Part shown: positions 1 to 9,820 of the stretch, one piece after another
How positions within the stretch are numbered: position 1 is the first letter of the stretch
Layout of the letters: every line of letters starts with the position of its first letter
Assembly (NCBI GenBank): GCA_003284445.1
Contig: QBVH01000001.1
Location: forward strand, 17,947 to 81,946
Source of the DNA: Prochlorococcus sp. AG-311-D23
GTDB taxonomy: Bacteria; Cyanobacteriota; Cyanobacteriia; PCC-6307; Cyanobiaceae
Direction of reading: 5' to 3'
Length of the DNA stretch: 64,000 nucleotides
Program-made: the position numbers and the translations under genes
The notes under the pieces: model-generated
Database searches by the model: none
What the model was told of the DNA's origin: nothing
What the model saw: only the letters and a program-made list of their open reading frames with translations

Positions 1-702
1 GTTAGACATTTTATTTTCGGCTCTCTCATTCATTGAAAAAGGACCTAATCCTGGAGGGCAACTTAATCCTTTCTGACTGCAACTGTAAGCCAGATCAATT
101 TTCCATTCATCCAAATAAAGAGGAACGCCTCCCAAAGAAGTTACGGTGTCAACAATAAGTAAACAATTATATTTCCTGCATAAATCACCTATTCCATCCA
201 TGGGTTGACATACACCTGTTGAAGTTTCCGCATGAACAATTGCTAAAACAGCTGGGGTGTATTTTTTGAGAGCATCTTCTATTTCCTGAAGTGAAAATGC
301 ATTACCCCATTCTTTCTGAATTGTTTCTACGTTTGCTTTATATCTACCTGCCATATCCGCAAGTCGATGTCCAAAATATCCTTTGATAGCAACTAAAACA
401 GTATCTTCTGGTTCAACAACATTTGCTAATGTAGCCTCCATTGCGGCACTTCCTGTTCCACTCATTGGAAGTGTTAGTCGATTGCTAGTTTGCCACGCAT
501 ATCTGAGCAACTCTTGAACCTCACTCATTAAGTCCACATAAAAAGGATCCAAATGACCAATAGGGGGCTGAGAAAGAGCTTTCAAAACAGCAGGATCTGC
601 GTTTGATGGGCCTGGCCCAAGCAATAACCTTTCAGGAGAAACAGTTGGACCAAAATCTTTACGATGTTGATTATCAACAGATGGAAGAATTTGAGTGGCC
701 AA
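1..702 (-). CDS. spt: Alanine-glyoxylate / serine-pyruvate aminotransferase (class V PLP), 5' part; runs off the window start
   Basis: Manual minus-strand translation from TTG at 702 gives LLLGPGPSNADP, MSGTGSAAMEA, VHAETSTG and DTVTSLGG, all class V aminotransferase motifs. Divergent from glnA. Confidence 0.9.
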   Translation of the reverse strand, partial: MATQILPSVDNQHRKDFGPTVSPERLLLGPGPSNADPAVLKALSQPPIGHLDPFYVDLMSEVQELLRYAWQTSNRLTLPMSGTGSAAMEATLANVVEPEDTVLVAIKGYFGHRLADMAGRYKANVETIQKEWGNAFSLQEIEDALKKYTPAVLAIVHAETSTGVCQPMDGIGDLCRKYNCLLIVDTVTSLGGVPLYLDEWKIDLAYSCSQKGLSCPPGLGPFSMNERAENKMSN

Positions 703-849
703 GAGAACAGATCGGTTTATATATGTTACGAGCCTAAAAGGCGATAGGCAAAGTCGGGGTGTTTTTTTTAGGGATTGCAATAGGAATTTGCTAGATTTGC
801 TCTTAAAGACAAAAAACAATCAAAGATTTCTGTTAAAAGTCTATAAAAA

Positions 850-891
850 GTGCTTCTTGATACAAAAAGAGATTCAATCGCTTATTACGTT
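850..891 (+). promoter_or_regulatory. NtcA-activated glnA promoter (GTG-N8-TAC, 22 nt, -10 TACGTT)
   Basis: GTGCTTCTTGATAC at 850-863 is a variant of GTA-N8-TAC. TAN3T sits at 886-891 with the canonical 22-nt spacing, upstream of glnA. Confidence 0.75.
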
Positions 892-927
892 CATAATTAA
901 GTATCTCTGTTGCAAATCAAATTCATC

Positions 928-2349
928 ATGAGCAAGACCTCTCAAGATGTTCTTCGTCAAATTAAGGACGAAGGCATTGAGCTAATAGATTTAAAATTCA
1001 CTGACTTACATGGTAAGTGGCAACATTTAACAGTAGCTTCAGATCTCATTGAAGAAAGCTCTTTCACCGAAGGCTTGGCTTTTGATGGTTCTTCTATTCG
1101 CGGATGGAAAGCTATAAATGAATCTGATATGGCAATGGTTCCAGATCCATCAACAAGCTGGATAGACCCTTTTTATCATCACAAAACTCTTAGCTTAATT
1201 TGTTCTATTCAGGAGCCTAGGAGTGGGGAACCATATGCCAGATGTCCTAGAGCTTTGGCACAAAAAGCATTGGATTATTTAGGAAGCACCAGTGTTGCAG
1301 ATGCTGCTTTCTTCGGACCTGAACCAGAATTCTTTATTTTTGATGATGTCCGGTATAACTCAGGGGAAGGCGGAAGTTTTTATAGCGTTGACACCATAGA
1401 AGCTCCTTGGAATACCGGGAGAGTAGAAGAAGGAGGGAACCTTGGATATAAAATTCAACTAAAAGAAGGATATTTCCCAGTAGCACCAAATGACACAGCT
1501 CAAGACATGAGGTCTGAGATGCTTCTGCTGATGGGTGAATTGGGAATACCCATCGAGAAACATCACCATGAAGTGGCTGGAGCTGGCCAACATGAATTAG
1601 GAATGAAATTTGCACCCCTAATCAACGCAGCTGATAATGTAATGATCTACAAATACATTGTCAGAAATGTAGCCAAAAAATATGGGAAGACTGCCACTTT
1701 TATGCCTAAACCAGTCTTCAATGACAATGGAACAGGAATGCACGTACATCAAAGTTTATGGAAAGGCGGTCAACCTTTATTTTATGGAGAGGGTACATAC
1801 GCCAATCTATCTCAAACAGCTAAATGGTACATAGGTGGAATACTCAAACATGCTCCATCATTTCTTGCGTTTACAAATCCAACTACCAATAGTTACAAAA
1901 GATTGGTACCAGGATTCGAGGCTCCAGTTAATTTAGTTTATTCGCAGGGTAATAGATCAGCTGCTGTAAGAATTCCTTTGACTGGACCAAGTCCAAAAGC
2001 AAAGAGGCTGGAATTTAGATCTGGTGATGCATTGGCCAACCCTTACATTGCTTTTTCAGCAATGATGATGGCAGGTATAGATGGCATAAAAAATCAAATT
2101 GATCCTGGAGATGGAGTTGACGTAGACCTTTTTGAACTCCCATCAGAGGAATTATCAAAAATAGACACTGTTCCTTCCTCATTGAACGATGCATTAGAGG
2201 CATTAAAAAATGACAACAATTATTTAACTGAAGGAGGAGTATTTACTGAAGATTTCATTAATAACTGGATAGAACTTAAATACGAAGAAGTTCAACAGCT
2301 AAGACAAAGACCTCATCCTCATGAATTCACTATGTACTATGACGCCTAA
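928..2349 (+). CDS. glnA: Glutamine synthetase type I
   Basis: Motifs FDGSSI, HHEVA, MPKP...[10 protein letters not shown] and [12 protein letters not shown] at 928 is preferred over TTG at 910. Confidence 0.98.
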   Translation: MSKTSQDVLRQIKDEGIELIDLKFTDLHGKWQHLTVASDLIEESSFTEGLAFDGSSIRGWKAINESDMAMVPDPSTSWIDPFYHHKTLSLICSIQEPRSGEPYARCPRALAQKALDYLGSTSVADAAFFGPEPEFFIFDDVRYNSGEGGSFYSVDTIEAPWNTGRVEEGGNLGYKIQLKEGYFPVAPNDTAQDMRSEMLLLMGELGIPIEKHHHEVAGAGQHELGMKFAPLINAADNVMIYKYIVRNVAKKYGKTATFMPKPVFNDNGTGMHVHQSLWKGGQPLFYGEGTYANLSQTAKWYIGGILKHAPSFLAFTNPTTNSYKRLVPGFEAPVNLVYSQGNRSAAVRIPLTGPSPKAKRLEFRSGDALANPYIAFSAMMMAGIDGIKNQIDPGDGVDVDLFELPSEELSKIDTVPSSLNDALEALKNDNNYLTEGGVFTEDFINNWIELKYEEVQQLRQRPHPHEFTMYYDA

Positions 2350-2384
2350 CTAAATTCATATATTAATTTTTAGAAAAACGAAAC

Positions 2385-2423
2385 TAAGGTCTATGTACAA
2401 ATATGCATAGACCTTAATTTTTT
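2385..2423 (+). terminator. Rho-independent terminator after glnA
   Basis: TAAGGTCTATG...CATAGACCTTA inverted repeat followed by a T run. Confidence 0.8.
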
Positions 2424-2485
2424 ATTAGTAAACTCGTCACAAATCAATCAAATCTGTTAGATAATACATTATTAATCAATGGTTT

Positions 2486-3547
2486 ATGGCAGCGCAAAGC
2501 CTTGAAAAAATTGCATATCACACTCTTCAACAAGGAAAAACACTTGCTGGGTTAGCTCATAAAGAGTTGAGTACAAAGTTAATGGAAGTGTTTGCTCCTG
2601 GCGCAAGTCCGGGAGGTTTTCCAATCAATCAAGATCTAATAAAAGAAGTTAGAAGATCAATGGAAAATCTAGAAAATATTGATTGGAAAGAAGCAGAGGC
2701 TGGTGTTTACCCTAAATCACAACTATTCGAAGCACCCTGGTTGGAATGGGCAAAGAAATATCCCTTGGTTTGGCTAGATATGCCACAAACTTGGCAGAGG
2801 CGAAAAAAAAATAAAACCAGAGATATCCCAAAGATTGTAAATGAGGAAGATTACCCAGACTATTATTTACAGAATTTTCATCACCAAACAGATGGTTACC
2901 TAAGTGATCATTCTGCTGAAATTTATGACTTACAAGTTGAGATACTTTTCAGTGGGACTGCCGATTCTATGAGAAGAAGAGTTTTATCTCCTTTAAAAGA
3001 AGGTTTGAAAAACTTTTTATCTGAAGGCTCGAAGAAAGTAAAGGTTTTAGATATCGCAACAGGAACGGGCAGAACACTACAACAAATAAAAAGTGCATTA
3101 CCTCAAGTTGAACTTTATGGTCTTGATTTATCAGGCTCATACCTAAAGCAAGCAAGTAAATATCTAAGTTCCAGAAGTGGTGATCTTGTTCAACTGACCA
3201 AAGGAAATGCAGAGAAAATGCCCTTCGCATCTGCTAGTTTTCAAGCGTTAACTTGTGTTTTTCTATTTCACGAACTTCCTAGAGATGCACGCCAGAATGT
3301 TTTGAACGAATGCTTCAGATTGTTAGAACCTGGCGGAACACTTGTTCTTGCAGACTCTATTCAAATAAAAGATTCTCCAAAGTTCACTCCAATAATGGAA
3401 AACTTTCACAAAATATTTCATGAACCTTACTACCGAGATTACATAGTCGATAACATAAACTTAAGATTAGAAGAAAGTGGATTTGCATCCATAACTTCTG
3501 AGTCACACTTCATGACTAAAGTATGGAAAGCATACAAGCCGGTTTGA
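2486..3547 (+). CDS. Class I SAM-dependent methyltransferase
   Basis: VLDIATGTG motif I and FLFHELP. Confidence 0.88.
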   Translation: MAAQSLEKIAYHTLQQGKTLAGLAHKELSTKLMEVFAPGASPGGFPINQDLIKEVRRSMENLENIDWKEAEAGVYPKSQLFEAPWLEWAKKYPLVWLDMPQTWQRRKKNKTRDIPKIVNEEDYPDYYLQNFHHQTDGYLSDHSAEIYDLQVEILFSGTADSMRRRVLSPLKEGLKNFLSEGSKKVKVLDIATGTGRTLQQIKSALPQVELYGLDLSGSYLKQASKYLSSRSGDLVQLTKGNAEKMPFASASFQALTCVFLFHELPRDARQNVLNECFRLLEPGGTLVLADSIQIKDSPKFTPIMENFHKIFHEPYYRDYIVDNINLRLEESGFASITSESHFMTKVWKAYKPV

Positions 3548-3592
3548 TTTGTAAAAAAATTAAGTCAAAAAATCACACATACATATTTAATC

Positions 3593-3850
3593 ATGCTGAA
3601 AAAAAATACATATAGTTGGCCAGAAAAAATTCAATTACTTGCAAAAGAGCTCCACAATGAAATCAGCCTTAATGATCACAACTGGCATAAATTCAGGGGG
3701 AACAAACAAAGAAGAAGTGCTGAATTAATTATTTCGGCTATTTCACAATTAGTTAATGATGGAGATGATGCAGAAATAGAAGACTTACTCAATCAAGCAA
3801 TATTGTGGATAAAAGAAGAAATTAAAGATACAGGATGTAAAAGTCATTAA
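3593..3850 (+). CDS. Conserved cyanobacterial hypothetical protein
   Basis: 85-aa ORF with WH..K.N..RR.AE pattern in syntenic position. Confidence 0.75.
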   Translation: MLKKNTYSWPEKIQLLAKELHNEISLNDHNWHKFRGNKQRRSAELIISAISQLVNDGDDAEIEDLLNQAILWIKEEIKDTGCKSH

Positions 3851-3854
3851 AAAA

Positions 3855-4247
3855 TTATTTTTTGAATGACAATTGCAATCTATTGCCTTTCCTACTCCAT
3901 CTAACATCATCAAAACACTTATGAATTAAATAAATTCCTCTTCCACTTTTAACATCAATTTTTAGAGGTAGAGAACTCACTCTTTTATTTTTAACTACGC
4001 CTAATCCTTCATCCTGAATTTGCCAAATAATCCAATTTGGAGTAATAATTCTTCGAACTCGAATAACTTTATCAGGATCAGACAAGTTTCCATGTACTAC
4101 TGCATTAACAAGCGCCTCATGCAATCCTAATTCAATTTTTTTTGCAGTTTCTCTACATATTACAGGCTCTAAAAGAGTTTCAACAAATGATGATAGTTTT
4201 AAAGTAGAGGGATGAATAAATACAGCCCAATTTTTAGAAGACTCCAC
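3855..4247 (-). CDS. HATPase_c anti-sigma-factor-like ATP-binding protein
   Basis: EALVNAVVHGN (N box), IQDEGLG (G1) and SGRGIYLI (G2). Confidence 0.85.
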   Translation of the reverse strand: MESSKNWAVFIHPSTLKLSSFVETLLEPVICRETAKKIELGLHEALVNAVVHGNLSDPDKVIRVRRIITPNWIIWQIQDEGLGVVKNKRVSSLPLKIDVKSGRGIYLIHKCFDDVRWSRKGNRLQLSFKK

Positions 4248-4382
4248 AATTAATTAATGCATTCTTAGTAAATTAATCTTCTGATCAAAAAATTAGTTTG
4301 GAAGTTAAAGCATAATTTAACTTAAGTCATCAAAAGTATTATTTGAGAAAAAATTAAGCATTAATAATTAAATATTTGCCTT

Positions 4383-5099
4383 TTAGTTTTTAAATCCTTG
4401 ATGGTTTAACAACGCATCCATCAAACGAACTCCTCTCAGTTGATTAACCAACGGCATGTGACCATTAGGTGCTTCAATTGACCAATCAAATGCTTTCGGA
4501 TATCTAGTCCATATTCCATCTTTTTTCCAACCTATTCGAGGCCAAAGCTTGTCATATCTTCCCCCTAATGAATCTAATATTTTCGCTTGAACTGTAAAAC
4601 CAAATTTCCCTCTGGAATAAACAACCCAAAGTTTATCCAAAGTTAATAAATCAATCGAAGGTATTGATTCAGCCTCAGAGAAATAAACATAGCCTCTTTT
4701 TACTGCTTTTTCTCCTGCAAGCTCTCTAAGTTTCGAACTTGTAAAGCGATCAGCATCCTCATAGTTTTCATTTAATAAAAATCGTTGAAGAGGTGAATAA
4801 TCAAAACCAACAGCTGATGGTGAATCAAACCAAGAAAGGTCCTCGCAATTGAGAGTATTTTTTATAAAATCCTTATCAGTTTTATGAATGAGTTGCAAAA
4901 TGAAGCCAGGAGGCCAGTAAGAAACACCCGGGTCAAAACCAGACATTAAAGTTGACCCAAGGCCAAGAAGGTCCTCAACCCTCTCCTCTAAACCATTCAA
5001 CAATCCGAGTCGTTTCCTTTCTGAAGCCATCTTAAAAGCCTCCAAGAACTCCTCTATGCTCTCTTTATTTGGATTTGATTTTTCTTCAGTCATGATCAA
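4383..5099 (-). CDS. gun4: GUN4 (Ycf53) porphyrin-binding Mg-chelatase activator
   Basis: DLLTLDKLW..YSRGKFGF.VQ, IGWK and GHMPL are GUN4-domain motifs. Confidence 0.9.
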   Translation of the reverse strand: MIMTEEKSNPNKESIEEFLEAFKMASERKRLGLLNGLEERVEDLLGLGSTLMSGFDPGVSYWPPGFILQLIHKTDKDFIKNTLNCEDLSWFDSPSAVGFDYSPLQRFLLNENYEDADRFTSSKLRELAGEKAVKRGYVYFSEAESIPSIDLLTLDKLWVVYSRGKFGFTVQAKILDSLGGRYDKLWPRIGWKKDGIWTRYPKAFDWSIEAPNGHMPLVNQLRGVRLMDALLNHQGFKN

Positions 5100-5132
5100 C
5101 CGCAGGCCTAAAATGACCTAAGCACTAATACT

Positions 5133-6185
5133 ATGTCAGAGAAACCTACCAATTCGAGCTACCCAGTTACGGATTTTCGAAATTTATCAAGTCCAATTAT
5201 TGATGTAAGAAGTCCTAGCGAATTTCGCCAAGGTCATTGGCCGGGTGCTGTCAATATTCCTTTATTTTCTGATAGTGAAAGGGAGATAATTGGAATAAGT
5301 TATAAAAAAGAAAGTCGCTTAAAAGCAATATTTAATGGTTTAAAAATAACCATTCCTAACACTAAACAACTATTAGAAGTAATCCATCAAATCACCATAA
5401 ACAATGAAGGAATAAATAAATCATTACGAATATATTGTTGGAGAGGTGGTATGAGATCTAGTGCTTTTGCCTGGCTTGCTCAAACAATCGGTATTAGGAC
5501 ATATTTATTACAAGGTGGGTATAAACACTATAGACAATGGGTTTTAAATAAATTTGAGGATGATTTACCAATTAGACTTGTAGGAGGAAAAACAGGTACA
5601 AGAAAAACAGACCTCTTAAATTATATAAATGAAGACAATATACATGTAATTGATCTAGAGGGGATTGCTAATCATAGAGGGAGTAGTTTTGGTTCATTAG
5701 GTATGAAGGAGCAACCTACAACTCAACAATTTGAAAATATTCTCGCAGAATCCCTTTATGAGTTTCAAAAGAATAGCGCTATGGAGATATGGCTTGAGGC
5801 AGAAAGTTCTAATCTAGGTAAATGTCGTATACCAAATGGTTTGTATACACAAATGAAAAAAGCACCGATCCTTGAAATAATTAAAGATAAAAATGAACGT
5901 GTGAAAAATTTAGTCAATGTTTATAGTCAAAATTCTCAGACTGAATTAAAAGATGCTGTAAATAGAATAAGTAAGAGATTAGGTCCACAAAGAACAAAAG
6001 AAGCATTAACGGCAATTGATATAAAGGAATGGTCAAAAGCCTGTGAAGCCATGCTGGATTATTATGACAAGTGCTATGAATACGAGCTTAAAAAAACAAA
6101 TAATATAAATTCAATTAACCTTAGTGGTTTAAGCCTAAAATCATCTTTAAATAAAATCTTGAATGAGAACCTTAATCCCTTATAG
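5133..6185 (+). CDS. mnmH: tRNA 2-selenouridine synthase (MnmH/SelU)
   Basis: Rhodanese DVRSP..., YCWRGGMRS, P-loop GKTGTRKT and ANHRGSSFG. Confidence 0.93.
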   Translation: MSEKPTNSSYPVTDFRNLSSPIIDVRSPSEFRQGHWPGAVNIPLFSDSEREIIGISYKKESRLKAIFNGLKITIPNTKQLLEVIHQITINNEGINKSLRIYCWRGGMRSSAFAWLAQTIGIRTYLLQGGYKHYRQWVLNKFEDDLPIRLVGGKTGTRKTDLLNYINEDNIHVIDLEGIANHRGSSFGSLGMKEQPTTQQFENILAESLYEFQKNSAMEIWLEAESSNLGKCRIPNGLYTQMKKAPILEIIKDKNERVKNLVNVYSQNSQTELKDAVNRISKRLGPQRTKEALTAIDIKEWSKACEAMLDYYDKCYEYELKKTNNINSINLSGLSLKSSLNKILNENLNPL

Positions 6186-6224
6186 TTTTTATAAGGATAT
6201 GTTTGTTAATTTAATCGGAAAAAG

Positions 6225-6566
6225 ATGACAAAAATCAATGAGAATGTTGCGATTCAATTTGTTAAAGGTGAAAACGAAAAAGATCATCCTGAAATACGTT
6301 TATTTAGAGACCTCGATGGCAAAAAAGGTAAAGCAGTATATAAATTCTATAGACCTACAACAATAACATTAATGAATTATAAATCTGTTCAAAAAATGTA
6401 TCTAATTGATTCAGAAGGTGAGATTTCAACTAAAAAAATTAATTTAACTATCTCAGATGATCATATTAAAGAAGTAAAGTCAACTTACAATTGGAAAACA
6501 GAACAAGAATTCGAGAGGTTTATGCGTTTCGCATCAAGATATGCAAATTCACTTTCTCATAATTAA
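6225..6566 (+). CDS. psb28: Photosystem II assembly protein Psb28
   Basis: AIQF..G, EIRLFR, MYLIDSEGEI and FERFMRFA.RYA. Confidence 0.9.
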   Translation: MTKINENVAIQFVKGENEKDHPEIRLFRDLDGKKGKAVYKFYRPTTITLMNYKSVQKMYLIDSEGEISTKKINLTISDDHIKEVKSTYNWKTEQEFERFMRFASRYANSLSHN

Positions 6567-6575
6567 TTATTTAAA

Positions 6576-7652
6576 TTGAAACCAAGTAGCTTGCTATCAA
6601 TTACAGCTTTAATTATTTCTCTATTAATTTTATGGGGTTTAAAAGAAATAATCATACTATTTTTTGCTTCGATAATATTAGCAATGGCTCTTTGTACTCT
6701 TACTGGTAAGATAAGAGATATTTTGAAAGTCCCCAGGTGGACATCTTTAGTAATAGCATTAATTTCTATATTACTAATTTCAAGTCTTTCAATAGTTATT
6801 ATTATCCCACAATTCACTAGTGAGTTTCAAGAGTTAATCAGTCAAATACCTTCAGCAGCAAGCAAACTATGGGATCTATCAATAAATACCTTTTTAAATT
6901 TTGCTGAAATTATATATAAAGATAATATTCCTAATCTAGCCGATAGGACAATATTAACAAATAAGCTAAGCATGATTCCAGATGGTGCGACTCTAGCTAG
7001 TGGTGTAACAGATAGCATTACAAAATTGATTGGTCTAGCAGGTAATGTAGGGATAGGAATACTTCAACTATTTTTCATAATATCAGTTAGTTTAATGATA
7101 ACTATACAACCGAACTCATACAGAGAAGTTGCTATATTATTAGTCCCATCATTTTACAGAAGACGAGCAAGAACTATTTTATTGAGATGCGGTAATGCTT
7201 TAAGTAGTTGGATGGCTGGAGTTTTATTAAGTTCAATTTTTGTAGCGATACTTGCTTCTATTGGGTTATATTTATTAGGAATAAATCTAGTAATAGCAAA
7301 TGCTTTAATAGCTGGTGTTTTAAATATCATCCCAAATGTAGGTCCAACAATAAGCACTATTTTTCCTCTTTCTGTTGCATTGCTAGATACACCATGGAAA
7401 TCGCTAGCTGTTCTGGGCTTATATGTAGTTATTCAAAATATAGAGAGCTATGTAATAACTCCTTCAATAATGCACAAGCAAGTCAAATTATTGCCCGGTT
7501 TAACAATTACTGCACAATTTATATTCACTATTCTTTTTGGACCACTAGGCTTATTGTTAGCAATTCCAATGGCTGTAGTAATTCAAGTATTTGTTAAAGA
7601 AATACTTATTAATGACTTCCTAGAAAAAAAATATTTTTCCAATAACATTTAA
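6576..7652 (+). CDS. AI-2E family (UPF0118/PerM) permease
   Basis: Multi-TM protein with NIIPNVGP, QNIESYVITP and GPLGLLLAIP. Confidence 0.88.
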   Translation: MKPSSLLSITALIISLLILWGLKEIIILFFASIILAMALCTLTGKIRDILKVPRWTSLVIALISILLISSLSIVIIIPQFTSEFQELISQIPSAASKLWDLSINTFLNFAEIIYKDNIPNLADRTILTNKLSMIPDGATLASGVTDSITKLIGLAGNVGIGILQLFFIISVSLMITIQPNSYREVAILLVPSFYRRRARTILLRCGNALSSWMAGVLLSSIFVAILASIGLYLLGINLVIANALIAGVLNIIPNVGPTISTIFPLSVALLDTPWKSLAVLGLYVVIQNIESYVITPSIMHKQVKLLPGLTITAQFIFTILFGPLGLLLAIPMAVVIQVFVKEILINDFLEKKYFSNNI

Positions 7653-8018
7653 AGAATGATGAGACAACCATAAAGCTTCACAAGGGTCATAAGTGCAAGA
7701 GGATATATCTTTTTGTAAAATCACTGATATTCTTCTTTTCAAATTCATCTTTTAACAGCACATCGAGTCTTGCAACCAAGCTGAGCTTGACTTTTAGAGA
7801 CATAATCAATCAATCAATCTGATTTGACAGGGTTAAAAATTTTTACCATCTCTTACACTGAATTTTTCATATTTCTCCCCTCATTAGTTCAATTGTATTC
7901 TCTATATGTATTTTGTTAGTAGTTTATTTTTTTAATTCAAGTAAATATTATTCAATATAAATCATTATATTTAATTCTATAAATTCTTAAAGTATTGTTC
8001 AAAAACTAGTTAATTTCA

Positions 8019-8222
8019 TCAGTCATCAAATTCAGGCTTAGGTTTCTTTTTAATTTTACCTGAAAGCAATTGATGAAGGGCATCTAATGAGTTGTAGACT
8101 TCTTTAAGCTCAGACAACTCAGGCAACAAGCCATCCTGGCCAAGCATTTGATCCAAATCTCGAAGTTCCTGTCTGATATAACGCAAATGAGAACTAACTT
8201 CCTCTCTTTTACTGGTTGACAT
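8019..8222 (-). CDS. Small conserved hypothetical protein (paralog of 11249-11464)
   Basis: Shares Y(I/V)RQELR and DGLLPELS with ORF 11249. Confidence 0.8.
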   Translation of the reverse strand: MSTSKREEVSSHLRYIRQELRDLDQMLGQDGLLPELSELKEVYNSLDALHQLLSGKIKKKPKPEFDD

Positions 8223-8485
8223 TATAGAATAAATTAAATTGCTTCAATTTTTCGATTTTAGCTTAAGATAAGGATATTAAGCATCAACATTTTTACAAAG
8301 TTTATAAAGTTCCAACATATCAAAAGTTTTTAATCATATCTAATTGTTTATAAAATACTGATTGCCTAAAAATTAGCAAAAACGAATCTCTCTATATTTT
8401 TGCACTATGGATTAAAAAGATAATAAAGAAAGCATGATCACTATTTTGTAAAAAAATAAGAATTATACTGGGCTATCTCTTACAG

Positions 8486-8803
8486 ATGGTTAAGAATATA
8501 TATATGGATACTCAAAAAAGAAAAGACCTCAACCTGAGATTAGGCAATCTAATACTTGCAATATTTCTTGCTACGGTTCCAACAGCAATAACTTACGGCA
8601 CTCTTAGCGTACATGGATTAAATATTTGTAAAAACTTAAGTTCAAAAATAAATGACTCTAACAAGATCAAAGAAACATGTTATGAGGCATCTTGGGATAC
8701 TACAAAAAGCTATATTGTTCTAATTGGATTCTTTATTACCTTACCAACCTGGATGTGGTTTTATTGGTCTGTAAAAAGAAAAGAAATTACTACAAAAATT
8801 TAA
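8486..8803 (+). CDS. Hypothetical two-TM membrane protein
   Basis: Two hydrophobic segments with a Cys pair in the loop. Confidence 0.6.
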   Translation: MVKNIYMDTQKRKDLNLRLGNLILAIFLATVPTAITYGTLSVHGLNICKNLSSKINDSNKIKETCYEASWDTTKSYIVLIGFFITLPTWMWFYWSVKRKEITTKI

Positions 8804-8807
8804 TCTC

Positions 8808-9368
8808 TTACTGGGATGATAAAAAACTGGAGAAAGGGAATGCAAAATTTCTGTCTTGCTTTGATTTTTTTGAAATATTTCTTGATTTCTTAGTAACTAT
8901 ACGATCAATTGTTTTTTTGTTGGGCTCAGATTTAATAGGGTTTAATTTATTTATGAAAATCTCATTTAATAAATAATCAGCTGAGAATTTCCCAGGGCCT
9001 AGTAGTATTATTGAGATAGCAGAAGAGAAATAAAGTGCTAAAAGCTCTAATAAATAGATGTTAAAACCCGATGTAACTAAAGCATGATAAATAGCCACAC
9101 TCATTGTCCCTAATATTGCTGAAGCACCAAGACGTGTCCCAAGACCAATAATTAAAGACCAGCTTCCAACTATTTCCGAAGCAGCAGCCACATAAGAGAG
9201 CGTCACAGGAAAAGGCAAGTGAAGGGGACGCACAAATGCGTCAGCAAAATTATTAATGTCGTTTAATTTTTCAAACCCATGATGAATGAGTAACGCACCA
9301 GTAAAAACTCTTAAAAGAAGGATTGCTAAATCCTTAAATATTGATTTAAAGAGGATAGAGCTAAGCAA
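8808..9368 (-). CDS. DoxX family membrane protein
   Basis: LLRVFTG.LLIHHG.EKL and GPGKFS.D. Confidence 0.85.
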   Translation of the reverse strand: MLSSILFKSIFKDLAILLLRVFTGALLIHHGFEKLNDINNFADAFVRPLHLPFPVTLSYVAAASEIVGSWSLIIGLGTRLGASAILGTMSVAIYHALVTSGFNIYLLELLALYFSSAISIILLGPGKFSADYLLNEIFINKLNPIKSEPNKKTIDRIVTKKSRNISKKSKQDRNFAFPFSSFLSSQ

Positions 9369-9820
9369 TTTAACCTAATTTAATTGAATGAACTTTAATT
9401 GTAGTAGGACATAAAGCGTGGATAGAAACAGCGCAAAAGAATACGATAAGTATTAATACTTAAAGAGTGCTCGGAAAACATAATATATTTGGCCAACGAA
9501 AACGGTGCAAATATTACTCACAGCAGCAATTAGAAAAAACATAAAAAATTTGTTAAGGAATTAAAAACAGATCTTTAGTAACCCATACATAGACAAAAGC
9601 TAAAATCAATCACTTTAAATAGTATTAATACTCACAACATTGATACAAGCACCATATTAATATTTTCATGATTTTAGAAGATCCTCTTGAGCACCTCACT
9701 TCTGGCAGCTACGGCATCTATAGGTTTGATAATAGTTGCGTTACCAGCTCTAATCGCTTCACTTAGCTAACTCATCTGCACATATTTATTTAATTGAAAG
9801 CCAAAAAAATATATTTATGT

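Noticed and set aside
695-931. 78-aa ORF upstream of glnA
   Set aside because: It spans the divergent spt/glnA promoter and the NtcA site, and has no protein-like features.
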